IMG/VR virus record: IMGVR_UViG_3300035670_000062
Location: 49,099 to 113,098 of that record
DNA from: a virus
Strand: one strand, 5' to 3'
Length of the DNA: 64,000 nucleotides
Shown: one piece after another, positions 1 to 10,463 of the stretch
Layout: every line of letters begins with the position of its first letter
How positions within the stretch are numbered: position 1 is the first letter of the stretch
Position numbers and translations under genes: made by a program
The notes under the pieces: model-generated
Told to the model about the DNA's origin: nothing
What the model saw: only the letters and a program-made list of their open reading frames with translations
Databases searched by the model: none

Positions 1-1
1 T

Positions 2-634
2 GATAGAAAAACAAGTCTTAATAAAAGATTTAATAAAATAATTACAAAGGAGTTTAATGAAATATATAATGGTGATTTTGAAGCTTATATAGGTGATCAT
101 GATGATGTAACTCAAGATCAAATCAATGATTTTATATCAACATTAAATATATCTGAAAAATGTAAGGAGAAACTATTAAAGATAACTCCTCCTAAAGCAT
201 TTTCATATTTTGGTACTATTATTAAAAGATGGTTAATTAATTATAATAAAGAAAATTATAAAAAATTATTAAATAATACTCCAACAGGTGACTTAAAGGA
301 AGCAGACCAACTAATTGATGAAAATAATGAAGATCCTATTATATCTGAATTTTTAGATTTTTACATTTCATATGTAGAAAAGAATTTTGATAAATTATTC
401 ATAAAGTATGAAGATAAACAAATAGCTGATGCTGTATTGGAAGTAATAAGAAGAAGAAATTCAATTGATATAATTCATAAAAAAGCATTATATTTACAAA
501 TAAGAGAAATATTACATATAAATGGTATCACAGAAGTAAAATCACCAAGAATTACAAAAAATACCAAAAAATTATACACTATTCTTAAAGAAAAATACTA
601 TGAATTCAATGAGAATATGAATGATGGCTATTAA
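2..634 (+). CDS. Partial (5'-truncated) putative late-transcription sigma factor, gp55-like
   Basis: Frame 2 is open from base 2 to the stop at 634 and includes the listed 437..634 ORF. It contains KAFSYFGTIIKRWLINY, which resembles the sigma region-2 motif of T4 gp55-like factors (NPFAYFTQI). Confidence 0.55.
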   Translation, partial: DRKTSLNKRFNKIITKEFNEIYNGDFEAYIGDHDDVTQDQINDFISTLNISEKCKEKLLKITPPKAFSYFGTIIKRWLINYNKENYKKLLNNTPTGDLKEADQLIDENNEDPIISEFLDFYISYVEKNFDKLFIKYEDKQIADAVLEVIRRRNSIDIIHKKALYLQIREILHINGITEVKSPRITKNTKKLYTILKEKYYEFNENMNDGY

Positions 635-660
635 TAATATTTATACCAAATATAATAAAT

Positions 661-1020
661 ATGAGCTTAGATAAAAAAATATTTAAAAATAAAACATATT
701 CAGACTTACTGGGTGAGATTTATACTAATCAAAAAAAGAAAGAAACACAAATAAGTGCATTAATCAATGAATTAAAACCATTAATTAATGAGATAGGTGA
801 TGCTACATTACTAGTTCCATTAATTAAAGAATACATGGAATTAGGTATTAAAAACGATGAAGCATTAATAAAACTAGCAACAATCTTCCAAAGAATATTC
901 TCAAATACTCCATCAGAAGATGGAAATTATGGCTTATCAGAAGCAGAAAAAGAACAGATATTAAAAGAAGCTAAAAACATAGGTAAATCACTCCCTCCAG
1001 GAGAAACTAAAAATGATTAA
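661..1020 (+). CDS. Hypothetical protein
   Basis: 119-aa ORF preceded by a TATTTATA motif (638-645). Confidence 0.7.
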   Translation: MSLDKKIFKNKTYSDLLGEIYTNQKKKETQISALINELKPLINEIGDATLLVPLIKEYMELGIKNDEALIKLATIFQRIFSNTPSEDGNYGLSEAEKEQILKEAKNIGKSLPPGETKND

Positions 1021-2263
1021 TAGAAAAGGAATTAATGCTAATAATCCATCAACAGCTCCATCCTCATTAAATAAAAAAAATTCAAATAACAATAGAATAG
1101 GAAGAGTTAAGGATATAATTCTAAATGAAAATTTTCCAAATATTGAACAATATGGTGGTGTAAATGCTATTGGTAGTGTATTCTATGAAGACGCAGAAGT
1201 AATAGGTAATAGTTTAGGTCTTGCTAAACCATTAAATCCCAACATTCAATCTTACCCATTAATAAATGAATTAGTAATAATCCATAAATTACCTTCACAA
1301 AACATAGGAGAAAATAACACCGATAAAGTATCATATTATTCTCAAATAATTAATATTTGGAATCACCCCCATCATAACGCTTATCCATCTACATTAGATT
1401 TTTTAAATCAAGGTAGTGCTAATCTTAATGAATCTTATAAAGATAATGAAGCTGGAGTAATAAAAACTAGTGAAAATAATTTTGAAGATATATCATTAGA
1501 TAGTCCATCAAACCCAACCCAACCAAAATTTATAGAAAAAAGCAATATTCAACCTCTACTTCCTTTCCCTGGAGATAATATTATACAGGGGAGATTTGGA
1601 AATAGTATTAGATTTGGAAGTACTTCATTTAATGACAGAGATTTACTAAATAATTGGTCTGATGATGGAGAGAATGGAAACCCAATAACTATAATCAGAA
1701 ATGGCCAACCAGATGGAGAAAATGAAGGTTGGAAACATATTACTGAAGATATAAATAATGATAAATCATCAATATATTTAACTTCAAATCAAAAAATTAA
1801 TATTAAATTACCTAGTAATAAATTTAATTCTTTTAGACAACTCCCAACATTACCTTCACAATATAAGGATTCTCAAATATTAATATGTTCAAATCAAATA
1901 ACAATATCTTCAAAAAAAGATAATATATTTATAAATTCAAATAAATCTATAAGTTTATCTTCAAATGAAAATGTAAATATAGATTCAAAACAAACAGTAG
2001 TAAGTTCATCTGATATTAAATTAGGTGGTGAAAATGCTGAGGAAAGACTAGTTAAGGGAGATACTTTATTAAAAAATCTAAATTTTATGTTAGATTCATT
2101 ATCTTTACTTGTATCTGCTATGGAAGTACAGCAGTTATGGCCTGGTGGTCTTCCTACTCCTGATGGAGTTACAATGATGACCGCCAACACATTAAAAAAT
2201 AATATTAAATTAGTAAAAAAAGACTTAACAAACATCTTATCAAAAACCACTAAAGTAATATGA
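1013..2263 (+). CDS. Baseplate spike/hub protein (gp5/gpV-like)
   Basis: N-terminal OB-like region (GRVKDIIL..YPLINELV), GDNIIQGRFGNSIRFGS motif and a beta-helix-like C-terminus; lies upstream of the gp25/gp6-like genes. Confidence 0.55.
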   Translation: MINRKGINANNPSTAPSSLNKKNSNNNRIGRVKDIILNENFPNIEQYGGVNAIGSVFYEDAEVIGNSLGLAKPLNPNIQSYPLINELVIIHKLPSQNIGENNTDKVSYYSQIINIWNHPHHNAYPSTLDFLNQGSANLNESYKDNEAGVIKTSENNFEDISLDSPSNPTQPKFIEKSNIQPLLPFPGDNIIQGRFGNSIRFGSTSFNDRDLLNNWSDDGENGNPITIIRNGQPDGENEGWKHITEDINNDKSSIYLTSNQKINIKLPSNKFNSFRQLPTLPSQYKDSQILICSNQITISSKKDNIFINSNKSISLSSNENVNIDSKQTVVSSSDIKLGGENAEERLVKGDTLLKNLNFMLDSLSLLVSAMEVQQLWPGGLPTPDGVTMMTANTLKNNIKLVKKDLTNILSKTTKVI

Positions 2264-3363
2264 AATTTAAAACATCAGGAACTATAATCAATTCCCAAGA
2301 GGAACCAATAATAGGATGTATTATAACTTCATCTAATGGATATTCTACTGTTACTGATAAAGAAGGAAAGTTCATATTAAAAGGAGAATATGAAAAGGGA
2401 TTTCCATTCACTATTGAAATTTCTAATCCCCTTTATTCTTCAATAAGTAAAATCCCCTTTACTTTAAATGGTGATATAATAGAAAATGTAGGAATTATAA
2501 AATTGATTCAACAGGACAAAACATTAAAAGATTCTACTATTTCAAATTCATTAATATCATCTCAACATCTAGAATTATTAAAATCATCAAAATCTAATTT
2601 TGAGACTTTACAAATGAATACTTTAATTGGAGTTGGAGAAAAAATTAAATATGATATCTTACCAAGACTAATAGAAGAAATTGTAAAATTTGGTATAACT
2701 TTAACACCTAAAATAAATCCTAATAATATTTTAGATCAAAAAATATTTTGTCCATCTGATATTAATATTATTATATCAAATAAAAATAAATTAGTCAAGA
2801 GAATAAATATTATTTATCAAACATTAAATAGAGTTAAAATTGTAGTATCAACAACAGATAAAATAATAACAGCATCACAAATAGCAATTGAAATATTAAA
2901 ACTTACACCTACACCTGCCCCTCCTGGTGTGTCAAGTTCCCTGATTGAAATTGAAAATAAACTAAGAAAATATAAAATCATATCATCCGTTACTCTTATT
3001 ATCTTAACGATAATAATCGATTTACTCAGGCAGTTAATTGATATGTTAAATATGCTAGATAAATTAGTTGCTCATTGTATTCCTGATAATACAAATAATA
3101 TGGAATTATTATCACAAGAATTGCTTGCTTTAACTCAACAACAATCACAAATACAACCAGTCATAACTAATGTAAATGGTTTTGAAATGGGTGTAGAAAG
3201 TGAACCTAATACTATTAATCAAATAAAAAGAAAAAGAGCTATAGCAAAAAATAAAAAAGGAATAATAATGCTAAAAGGAGAATGGTCTTACAGTTCAATT
3301 GAACAAATTTTGATAGATGAATTAGTGTTCTATATTCAACAAAACGATTTAAAAGCAGATTAA
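2260..3363 (+). CDS. Putative virion protein with an N-terminal CarboxypepD_reg-like domain
   Basis: N-terminus SGTIINSQEEPIIGCII...TVTDKEGKFIL resembles the carboxypeptidase-regulatory-like domain; the remainder is helical. Confidence 0.5.
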   Translation: MKFKTSGTIINSQEEPIIGCIITSSNGYSTVTDKEGKFILKGEYEKGFPFTIEISNPLYSSISKIPFTLNGDIIENVGIIKLIQQDKTLKDSTISNSLISSQHLELLKSSKSNFETLQMNTLIGVGEKIKYDILPRLIEEIVKFGITLTPKINPNNILDQKIFCPSDINIIISNKNKLVKRINIIYQTLNRVKIVVSTTDKIITASQIAIEILKLTPTPAPPGVSSSLIEIENKLRKYKIISSVTLIILTIIIDLLRQLIDMLNMLDKLVAHCIPDNTNNMELLSQELLALTQQQSQIQPVITNVNGFEMGVESEPNTINQIKRKRAIAKNKKGIIMLKGEWSYSSIEQILIDELVFYIQQNDLKAD

Positions 3364-3380
3364 CTTAATATTTATAACAA

Positions 3381-3710
3381 ATGAAAACATCAGAACTAAA
3401 AAATTTAATAAAAGAGGCAGTAAGAGAGGCAATTAAAGAAGAATTAAAAGAAATATTATTAGAAGCAATAAAATCTCCTAAATCTCAAATTAATGAACAT
3501 ATGATACCTCAAGTAAATTTATCCTCATCATCACCTCAAACAATGATAGATAAAAGAAGAGCGTATCAAGATGTAATAAATCAAACATCTCTAAATTTTT
3601 CATCTAAAGATATATCACAACCATTTATCCCAACTCAAACAGATCCTATAAATGGTGCATTACCTTCTGGTGAATTAAGTATGGATCAAATAATGAATCT
3701 AATGAAATAA
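3381..3710 (+). CDS. Hypothetical protein with a MKTSEL..LIKE leader
   Basis: Starts MKTSELKNLIKEAVREAIKEELKEILLE; TATTTATA at 3369-3376. Confidence 0.7.
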   Translation: MKTSELKNLIKEAVREAIKEELKEILLEAIKSPKSQINEHMIPQVNLSSSSPQTMIDKRRAYQDVINQTSLNFSSKDISQPFIPTQTDPINGALPSGELSMDQIMNLMK

Positions 3711-4117
3711 TGGCATTTAACCAACAACAAATAAATCCCCTAGATATAGATCCTAATGTTGCTATTGGAATTAATATTCCATTTTCTGCATTAGCTGTAT
3801 TTACATCTAATTATACAACAAAAGATGCAATTAGAAATAATTTATTAAATTACTTTTTAACTAATAATGGGGAAAGATTCATGAATCCATTATTTGGAGG
3901 TGGGTTAAGAGGATTTTTATTTGAACAAATAACAAATAATAATTTAGAATTTCTTGAAGGAACTATTAGTAATGATATAGCTGATTCATTTCCTAATGTT
4001 ATAGTAGATACTTTAAATATATTAAAAAATGAAGATAAAAACACTATAATAATAGAATTTAAATACAGCATAAGAAATACTAATATTCAAGATTCAATAG
4101 AAATATCATTTCAATAA
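3710..4117 (+). CDS. Baseplate wedge subunit / sheath initiator (T4 gp25-like)
   Basis: AIRNNLLNYFLTNNGERFMNPLFGGGLRGFLFE is the GPW_gp25 signature. Confidence 0.9.
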   Translation: MAFNQQQINPLDIDPNVAIGINIPFSALAVFTSNYTTKDAIRNNLLNYFLTNNGERFMNPLFGGGLRGFLFEQITNNNLEFLEGTISNDIADSFPNVIVDTLNILKNEDKNTIIIEFKYSIRNTNIQDSIEISFQ

Positions 4118-5967
4118 TGGAAAATAAATCAATAAAATACATAAATAGAGACTTTTCAAGTTTTAAAACAAAATTAGTAGAATTTGCTAAAACATATTTT
4201 CCTAATTCATATAATGATTTCTCACCCTCTTCGCCAGGGATGATGTTTATGGAAATGTCAGCCTATGTTGGAGATGTTATGTCATTTTACTTAGATAATC
4301 AAATCCAAGAAACATTCATACAATATGCGAGACAAGATAATAATTTATATGAATTAGCATACATGTTTGGATATAAACCAAAAATTTCAACAGCAGCTCA
4401 AACAACAATAGACATATACCAACAAGTCCCAGCAATATTATCAGGTTCTAGTTATATACCTGATTATTCTTATGCTTTAACATTAAATGAAAATACTACA
4501 TTATCATCACCTATATCAGATAAAGTTAGTTTTTTAATAGAAGATAGATGTGATTTCAGTGTTTCAAGTTCATTTGATCCAACTGAAGTTTCTATATACC
4601 AAATAGCAGGTAATATACCTCAATATTTTTTATTAAAAAAATCAAGAAAAGCAGTTTCAGCAAATATAAAAACTCAATCATTTATATTCAATGATTTTAC
4701 ACCATTTCCAACAATATCAATAACTGATAATAAGATATTAGGAATACTTGATATAACTGATAGTGATGGAAATAAATGGTATGAAGTAGATCATTTAGGA
4801 CAAGAAATGGTATTTGATAATATAAAAAATACAAATCCAAATGACCCAAATACATACACAGATATTGATGTTCCATTTTTATTAAAATTAAAGAAAATCC
4901 AAAAAAGATTCTCAACAAGAATTTTAAATAAAACAACACTCCAAATCCAGTTTGGTGCTGGTAATCCTAATTCAATTGATGAAGAAATAACTCCTAACCC
5001 AAATAATGTAGGTTTAGGATTACCATTTAAAAAAACAAAACTTACAACAGCTTTCTCACCTGATAATTTCTTATTTACAAATACTTATGGAATTGCTCCA
5101 ACTAATACAACTCTAACAGTAAGGTATTTGTCTGGTGGTGGGGTTGAAGCTAATGTCCCCTCAAATTCTTTAACAAGAATAAATAAAAATACAATAAAAT
5201 TTAATTCAATAAATTTAAACTCATCAACAGCTGACTATATATTCAATTCATTATCAACAACTAATCCTCAAGCAGCAGATGGAGGAGGATCAGGAGACTC
5301 AATTGAAATTATAAGACAAAACACATTAATGAGTATTTCAGCTCAAAATAGATCAGTAACATCAAATGATTATTTAATTAGAGCTCTTAGTATGCCTAGT
5401 GATTATGGTACAATTTCAAAAGCTCATATACAACAACCTCAATTAGTAGATAATCAAGTATCAACAATTGAAACATTAAATTTATTTGTTTTATCTAAAG
5501 ATAATAATGGGTATTTATCAACATCATCAAATACTTTAAAAAATAATCTAAGAACATACTTGTCTCAATATAGAATGATTGGAGATAACATTGAAATAAG
5601 AGATGCTTTTATAATTAATATAGCAGTTGATTTTGAAATTATAGTACTTCCTAATTTTAATAATAATCAAGTAATTTTATCTTGTATAGAAGTATTAAAA
5701 TCACATTTCAATATAGATAATTGGCAAATCAATCAACCAATTTTCTTACGTGATATATATGTAAAATTAGATAGAGTAGAAGGAGTACAAACAGTAAAAA
5801 ACATAAAAATAAGTAATAAAGCTGGAGTATCCCTTGGATACTCAGAATATGGTTATGATATTGAAGGAGCAACACAAAATCAAATAATTTACCCATCATT
5901 AGATTCAAGTATATTTGAACTAAAATACCCAAACCAAGATATAAAAGGGAAAATATCACCATTATAA
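4117..5967 (+). CDS. Baseplate wedge protein (T4 gp6 / baseplate J-like)
   Basis: YINRDF..K..L...YFP..YNDF..SSPGMMF..AYVGD N-terminus and QNRSVT..DY motif; follows gp25. Confidence 0.85.
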   Translation: MENKSIKYINRDFSSFKTKLVEFAKTYFPNSYNDFSPSSPGMMFMEMSAYVGDVMSFYLDNQIQETFIQYARQDNNLYELAYMFGYKPKISTAAQTTIDIYQQVPAILSGSSYIPDYSYALTLNENTTLSSPISDKVSFLIEDRCDFSVSSSFDPTEVSIYQIAGNIPQYFLLKKSRKAVSANIKTQSFIFNDFTPFPTISITDNKILGILDITDSDGNKWYEVDHLGQEMVFDNIKNTNPNDPNTYTDIDVPFLLKLKKIQKRFSTRILNKTTLQIQFGAGNPNSIDEEITPNPNNVGLGLPFKKTKLTTAFSPDNFLFTNTYGIAPTNTTLTVRYLSGGGVEANVPSNSLTRINKNTIKFNSINLNSSTADYIFNSLSTTNPQAADGGGSGDSIEIIRQNTLMSISAQNRSVTSNDYLIRALSMPSDYGTISKAHIQQPQLVDNQVSTIETLNLFVLSKDNNGYLSTSSNTLKNNLRTYLSQYRMIGDNIEIRDAFIINIAVDFEIIVLPNFNNNQVILSCIEVLKSHFNIDNWQINQPIFLRDIYVKLDRVEGVQTVKNIKISNKAGVSLGYSEYGYDIEGATQNQIIYPSLDSSIFELKYPNQDIKGKISPL

Positions 5968-5986
5968 TATATTTATAATAAAAAAT

Positions 5987-6475
5987 ATGAAAATTTTAAA
6001 CGAAATAGGAAATTTAATACTACTTTTAATAGCTGTAGTTTTAGGTTCAATATTATTACCTATAGGTATTTTATGGAATGTGTATAAATCTATATTGAAA
6101 TCTAAAGGTTATAAATTTTTAACAACTATTAAATTAATATTATTATATTGGTTGAGATTGTTATATCAAGTGTGGGTTGTTATTAAACAAACATTTCTAT
6201 ATGTTGCTTATTTAATAGATTTATTAGGTAATGTGATATTAGGAGAATTATTAGAATCAACAATGTCTAAATCACCTCAACATCTATTTGGGAGAGGGGA
6301 AATAACAATTTCTGCAGCTTTAGGATACTTAAAAAGAAGAAATGAATTAACATTAGTTGGGAAAATTTTATGTAAAATATTAAATAAATTAGACCCACAT
6401 TATGAAGATCATTGCATATCATCTATTGAGTTATATGAATATAAAGAATCTTTAAAAACAAAATCAAAAAAATAA
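5987..6475 (+). CDS. Putative membrane protein
   Basis: N-terminal hydrophobic helices and a D..GN..ITIS..LD...HC pattern; own TATTTATA at 5970. Confidence 0.6.
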   Translation: MKILNEIGNLILLLIAVVLGSILLPIGILWNVYKSILKSKGYKFLTTIKLILLYWLRLLYQVWVVIKQTFLYVAYLIDLLGNVILGELLESTMSKSPQHLFGRGEITISAALGYLKRRNELTLVGKILCKILNKLDPHYEDHCISSIELYEYKESLKTKSKK

Positions 6476-6476
6476 A

Positions 6477-6773
6477 ATGAAAAGAAGTGAATTAAGACAA
6501 CTTATTAGAGAAACATTAAACCAAGTTAATGAAAACGAATATTATGGTGAAATCCAAGAACCATTAAACCTATATGATAAATTAGATGAAGTCCTAACAG
6601 ATTCTATGATGACATTCAGTATGGGAACCTCTGAAGAAGATTTTGACTCAGCTGATAATACTCAAAAAGATAAAATTCAAGATATAATGGATCAAGCTAT
6701 CAATTATTTACATAAATCAAAAATATCATTTGATGAGGTAATACGATTAATAGGAAAAGATTACCAAAAATAA
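6477..6773 (+). CDS. Leader-bearing hypothetical protein (MKRSELRQLIRE...VNE)
   Basis: Shared N-terminal leader followed by an acidic cargo region. Confidence 0.7.
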   Translation: MKRSELRQLIRETLNQVNENEYYGEIQEPLNLYDKLDEVLTDSMMTFSMGTSEEDFDSADNTQKDKIQDIMDQAINYLHKSKISFDEVIRLIGKDYQK

Positions 6774-6800
6774 AAAAATAACAGTTATTAAATAAAAATT

Positions 6801-7538
6801 ATGGAAGAAAAAAAGTATGATTTCCCAACGGAAACAGTAGAATTACCATCAAAAGGATTAATATATCCTAAAGACAATCCACTATCATCTGGTAAGATAG
6901 AAATGAGATACATGACAGCATATCATGAGGATATTCTTACGAATCAAAACTACATTAAACAAGGTATTGTATTAGATAAATTAATCCAAGCATTAATAGT
7001 ATCGAATGTTAACTATGATGATTTAATAGTAGGAGATAGAAACGCAATCCTAATATCAGCAAGAATATTAGCTTATGGTAAAGATTATACATTTTTATAT
7101 AAAGATGAAGAAATTACAGTCGATTTAAGTGAACTTGAATTAAAATACCTAGATGAAAAAGACATAACTCCAGGTATAAATCAATTTCATTTCCAATTAC
7201 CTCATACAAATACATCAATAACATATAAATTATTGACTAATGAAGACGAGAGAAAAATTGATAATGAAATAAAAGGTATTAAAAAAATTCATAAAACAGC
7301 CTCACCTGAATTATCAACAAGATTGAAATATTTAATTACATCTGTTAATGGAGATAGTGATACTAAAACTATTAGAGAATTTGTTGATAAACATATGTTA
7401 GCAAGAGATTCAAGAGCCTTAAGAGAACATATCAAAAACACTCAACCAGATATTTTATTAACATTTAATAATGGTACAGAGGAGGGTACAGTGCCTATTA
7501 CGGCAGGATTTTTTTGGCCTGACTCTGGAATATCGTAA
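6801..7538 (+). CDS. Baseplate hub assembly protein (T4 gp26-like)
   Basis: VELPSKG..Y, MTAYHEDIL, DLIVGDRNAILI.AR and FFWP motifs; lies upstream of the tape measure. Confidence 0.75.
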   Translation: MEEKKYDFPTETVELPSKGLIYPKDNPLSSGKIEMRYMTAYHEDILTNQNYIKQGIVLDKLIQALIVSNVNYDDLIVGDRNAILISARILAYGKDYTFLYKDEEITVDLSELELKYLDEKDITPGINQFHFQLPHTNTSITYKLLTNEDERKIDNEIKGIKKIHKTASPELSTRLKYLITSVNGDSDTKTIREFVDKHMLARDSRALREHIKNTQPDILLTFNNGTEEGTVPITAGFFWPDSGIS

Positions 7539-7797
7539 AAGTTTATTTATTATGATCCATCAAATAGTTACATTTGGTGGAGGTGGGTATGATTTTGAAA
7601 CAGTATATAGAATGCCTATTTGGTTAAGAAAATTTACATACTTACAAATAGTAGAACAAAAACAAGCTGAAAAAGAAGAAATAAACAAAGTAAAAAATAA
7701 ATCAAATTCAAATCAAACAAAATTTAATTTGGGAGATAAAGTCCCTCAACAATTAAAACAAACAAACAACACATACAACACAACAATGAAAAAATAA
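7471..7797 (+). CDS. Baseplate hub/tail assembly chaperone (T4 gp51-like); start uncertain
   Basis: Y..MPIWLRK motif; overlaps the end of the gp26-like gene and precedes the tape measure. Confidence 0.6.
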   Translation: MVQRRVQCLLRQDFFGLTLEYRKSLFIMIHQIVTFGGGGYDFETVYRMPIWLRKFTYLQIVEQKQAEKEEINKVKNKSNSNQTKFNLGDKVPQQLKQTNNTYNTTMKK

Positions 7798-7819
7798 AGC
7801 CCTAAATAGGGCTTTTTTT
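7796..7819 (+). terminator. Rho-independent terminator AAAGCCCT-AAAT-AGGGCTTT+T run
   Basis: Perfect stem plus T-tract; identical copy at 13087. Confidence 0.8.
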
Positions 7820-7843
7820 GTCTATTTATAATAAAATAAAGAT

Positions 7844-10210
7844 ATGGCTGATTCTGAAGAAATAGAAAGAAATAAAGCATTACAAGAATCATTAGATTTA
7901 ATGGATGAATTATTATTTGCAAGTAGGGATTTTACCTCAGAAGTTAGAAAAGTTGCTAAATTACATTTCCAAAATAATGAACAAGTAAATGCTACTGTAA
8001 AAGGATTTAGAGATATTTCAAAATCAGTAGCTTCATATTCTACTATTATTAAAGATGTTTATAAAGGAACAGCATCAATAAGAACTCTTGAAAAAGAACA
8101 AGAAAAATTTTTAAAAACTAGAAAAAACTTTGAAGTCGAATTCAATCAAGCTCTTGGTTCAATAAAACTCACAGAAGAACAAATTAATAAAATAAAAAAA
8201 GGACAATTAGATGTATTTGCTGCTATAGGGGATAAGGGAAGTGAATTTGGAGATCAAACTAATAAGCTTACAGAAGTACAATTTTCACTTTTAGAATTAT
8301 ACCAGGAACAATTAAGTATATTAAGGGAAGAGAATGAAGCAATGGAAGAGGCTTCTCGAAGAGCTAAAAATATTGAAGCATCTATGGGAGGGGTAGGAAC
8401 TGCATTTGAAGGAATAGAAGGAGTCATGGATAAACTTGGACTTGGAAGTTTAAGTAAAAAAATGGGATTTGCTAAAGCACAAGCAGACATGAAAGAACTA
8501 GCAGCAGAGATTACAGATGGTGGAGATAGAAGTGCTACATTAGGAGAAAAATTTAAAATAGCAGGAGCAGGTATAAAATCCATGGCTTCAAGTTTAGCAT
8601 CAGCTTTTGGACCTATGGCTATAGCATTGATTGTTATAACACAAATAGTAAAAGCATTTAAGGCATTAGATGAACAATCAGGAAAACTAGCTAAAAGTAT
8701 GGGTATATCATATAATGAAGCAGTAAATCTAAATGCAGAATTTAGAGACATGGCTTCTAATTATGGAGATTCACTAGTTACTTCTAAAGATATAGCAGAG
8801 TCCCAATCTAAATTAAACGAATTATTTGGAACAGGAGTTAAATTTTCAGGAGAAATGGCTGCTGAATTCTCATCAGTCCAAAAAAGATTAGACTTGTCAG
8901 ATGAAGCTATGAAATTATTTACTAAAAATCAATTAATTTCTGGTAAAAGTATTAAAACTCAATTAAAAGATGTCAATGCTACTACATTAAAAATGAATGA
9001 ACAATATGGTTTAGGTTTAAGTTTTAAACAAGTTCAAGAAGGTATAAGCAAAGCATCTAACGCAGTACAATTAACAAATAAAGGAAATGTAAAAGAACTT
9101 ACAAAAGCTGTTTTTGCTGCTAAAAATTTAGGAGTAGAAATGTCTAAAGTAGAAGCTATATCAAACAGTTTATTAGATTTTGAATCTTCAATAGCATCTG
9201 AACTTGAAGCTGAATTACTGTTAGGTAAAGACATAAATCTTGAAACAGCTAGACAAGCAGCATTACAAGGAGATGTAGCTAAAGTAGCTGATGAAGTTAT
9301 GAAAAATAAAGCTATAATGAATGCTTTCGACACTAAAAATGTTATAGCACAAGAAGCAGCAGCTAAAGCATTAGGTATGAATAGAGATGAATTAGCTGAC
9401 ATGATAATGCAACAAAAACAATTAGAAGGTATAAGAAAAAATGGCTTTGAAAATATGGCCGCTGCTCAGGAAGAATATAATAAATTAAGAGCACAAGGCA
9501 TGTCTGCCGAGGAAGCAGCAGCTAAAATAGGAGATAAATCATTACAAGATCAACTAGAATCAGTGTCAGTAGCACAAAACCTTGAAGCAGTAATGGCTTC
9601 TATACAAGAAATATTTGTAGGTATGGTTGAACCTATATTGATGGCAGTAAATTCAATGATAGAATTAGTTGGTGGAGCTGATAATTTGGCTGCTATATTA
9701 GTAACAATATTAGGTATTTACACAGCTATAAAATTAGCTATACTAGGAGCTAATATGGCGGCAACTATAGGATTAGCTCTTAAGAAAAAAGAAGTAAAAG
9801 AAGAAAAATCAAAAGCATTAGCATCAGCTGGCAGTATTACTTCAGCTTTTATTCTAAATCCAATAGCAGCAGGTATTGGATTAATAGCAGGATTAGCAGC
9901 AACAGCCTTGGTTATTAGTCAAATGAAAGATGGTATGATTGATCCTAAAGGAGGAATGATAGTTTCAGGAGAAAAAGGTACAATCCAATTAGATAAAGAA
10001 GATAGTATAATAGCAGGAACAAATTTATTTGGAGGAGGAAATGGAAAAAATCAAACATCAAATAACAATCAAGATAATTCTCAAATAATAGCCCTACTCC
10101 AACAACAAAACCAACTACTGAGACAAATGTTATCTAAATCTACAACATTAGAAATGAATGGAGATAAAGTAGGTCAAGGTATCCAAAAGGCAGACAGAGC
10201 AATACAATAA
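7844..10210 (+). CDS. Tail tape measure protein
   Basis: 788 aa, Ala/Gly-rich and helical, with hydrophobic segments; follows the chaperone genes. Confidence 0.85.
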   Translation: MADSEEIERNKALQESLDLMDELLFASRDFTSEVRKVAKLHFQNNEQVNATVKGFRDISKSVASYSTIIKDVYKGTASIRTLEKEQEKFLKTRKNFEVEFNQALGSIKLTEEQINKIKKGQLDVFAAIGDKGSEFGDQTNKLTEVQFSLLELYQEQLSILREENEAMEEASRRAKNIEASMGGVGTAFEGIEGVMDKLGLGSLSKKMGFAKAQADMKELAAEITDGGDRSATLGEKFKIAGAGIKSMASSLASAFGPMAIALIVITQIVKAFKALDEQSGKLAKSMGISYNEAVNLNAEFRDMASNYGDSLVTSKDIAESQSKLNELFGTGVKFSGEMAAEFSSVQKRLDLSDEAMKLFTKNQLISGKSIKTQLKDVNATTLKMNEQYGLGLSFKQVQEGISKASNAVQLTNKGNVKELTKAVFAAKNLGVEMSKVEAISNSLLDFESSIASELEAELLLGKDINLETARQAALQGDVAKVADEVMKNKAIMNAFDTKNVIAQEAAAKALGMNRDELADMIMQQKQLEGIRKNGFENMAAAQEEYNKLRAQGMSAEEAAAKIGDKSLQDQLESVSVAQNLEAVMASIQEIFVGMVEPILMAVNSMIELVGGADNLAAILVTILGIYTAIKLAILGANMAATIGLALKKKEVKEEKSKALASAGSITSAFILNPIAAGIGLIAGLAATALVISQMKDGMIDPKGGMIVSGEKGTIQLDKEDSIIAGTNLFGGGNGKNQTSNNNQDNSQIIALLQQQNQLLRQMLSKSTTLEMNGDKVGQGIQKADRAIQ

Positions 10211-10235
10211 TGTATTTATAATAAAACCAATAACT

Positions 10236-10463
10236 ATGTCATTACTAAATAAACTTCAAACACAAGGTTCTCCATTATCAAATAATGGTGTAACACCTTT
10301 AACATCAGTATTTATTACAACTGGATCACCATTACATAATCAATATTCATTAAATGGTAATCCTACATTATCAGGAAAACCATCACCATCATTATTAGAT
10401 ATGAATGGTCAAGTACCACCTTACAATTATGCAGACAATGCACCTGAAGGGGCTAGCTTTTAA
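10236..10463 (+). CDS. Small hypothetical virion-module protein
   Basis: 75-aa ORF with TATTTATA at 10213-10220. Confidence 0.6.
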   Translation: MSLLNKLQTQGSPLSNNGVTPLTSVFITTGSPLHNQYSLNGNPTLSGKPSPSLLDMNGQVPPYNYADNAPEGASF

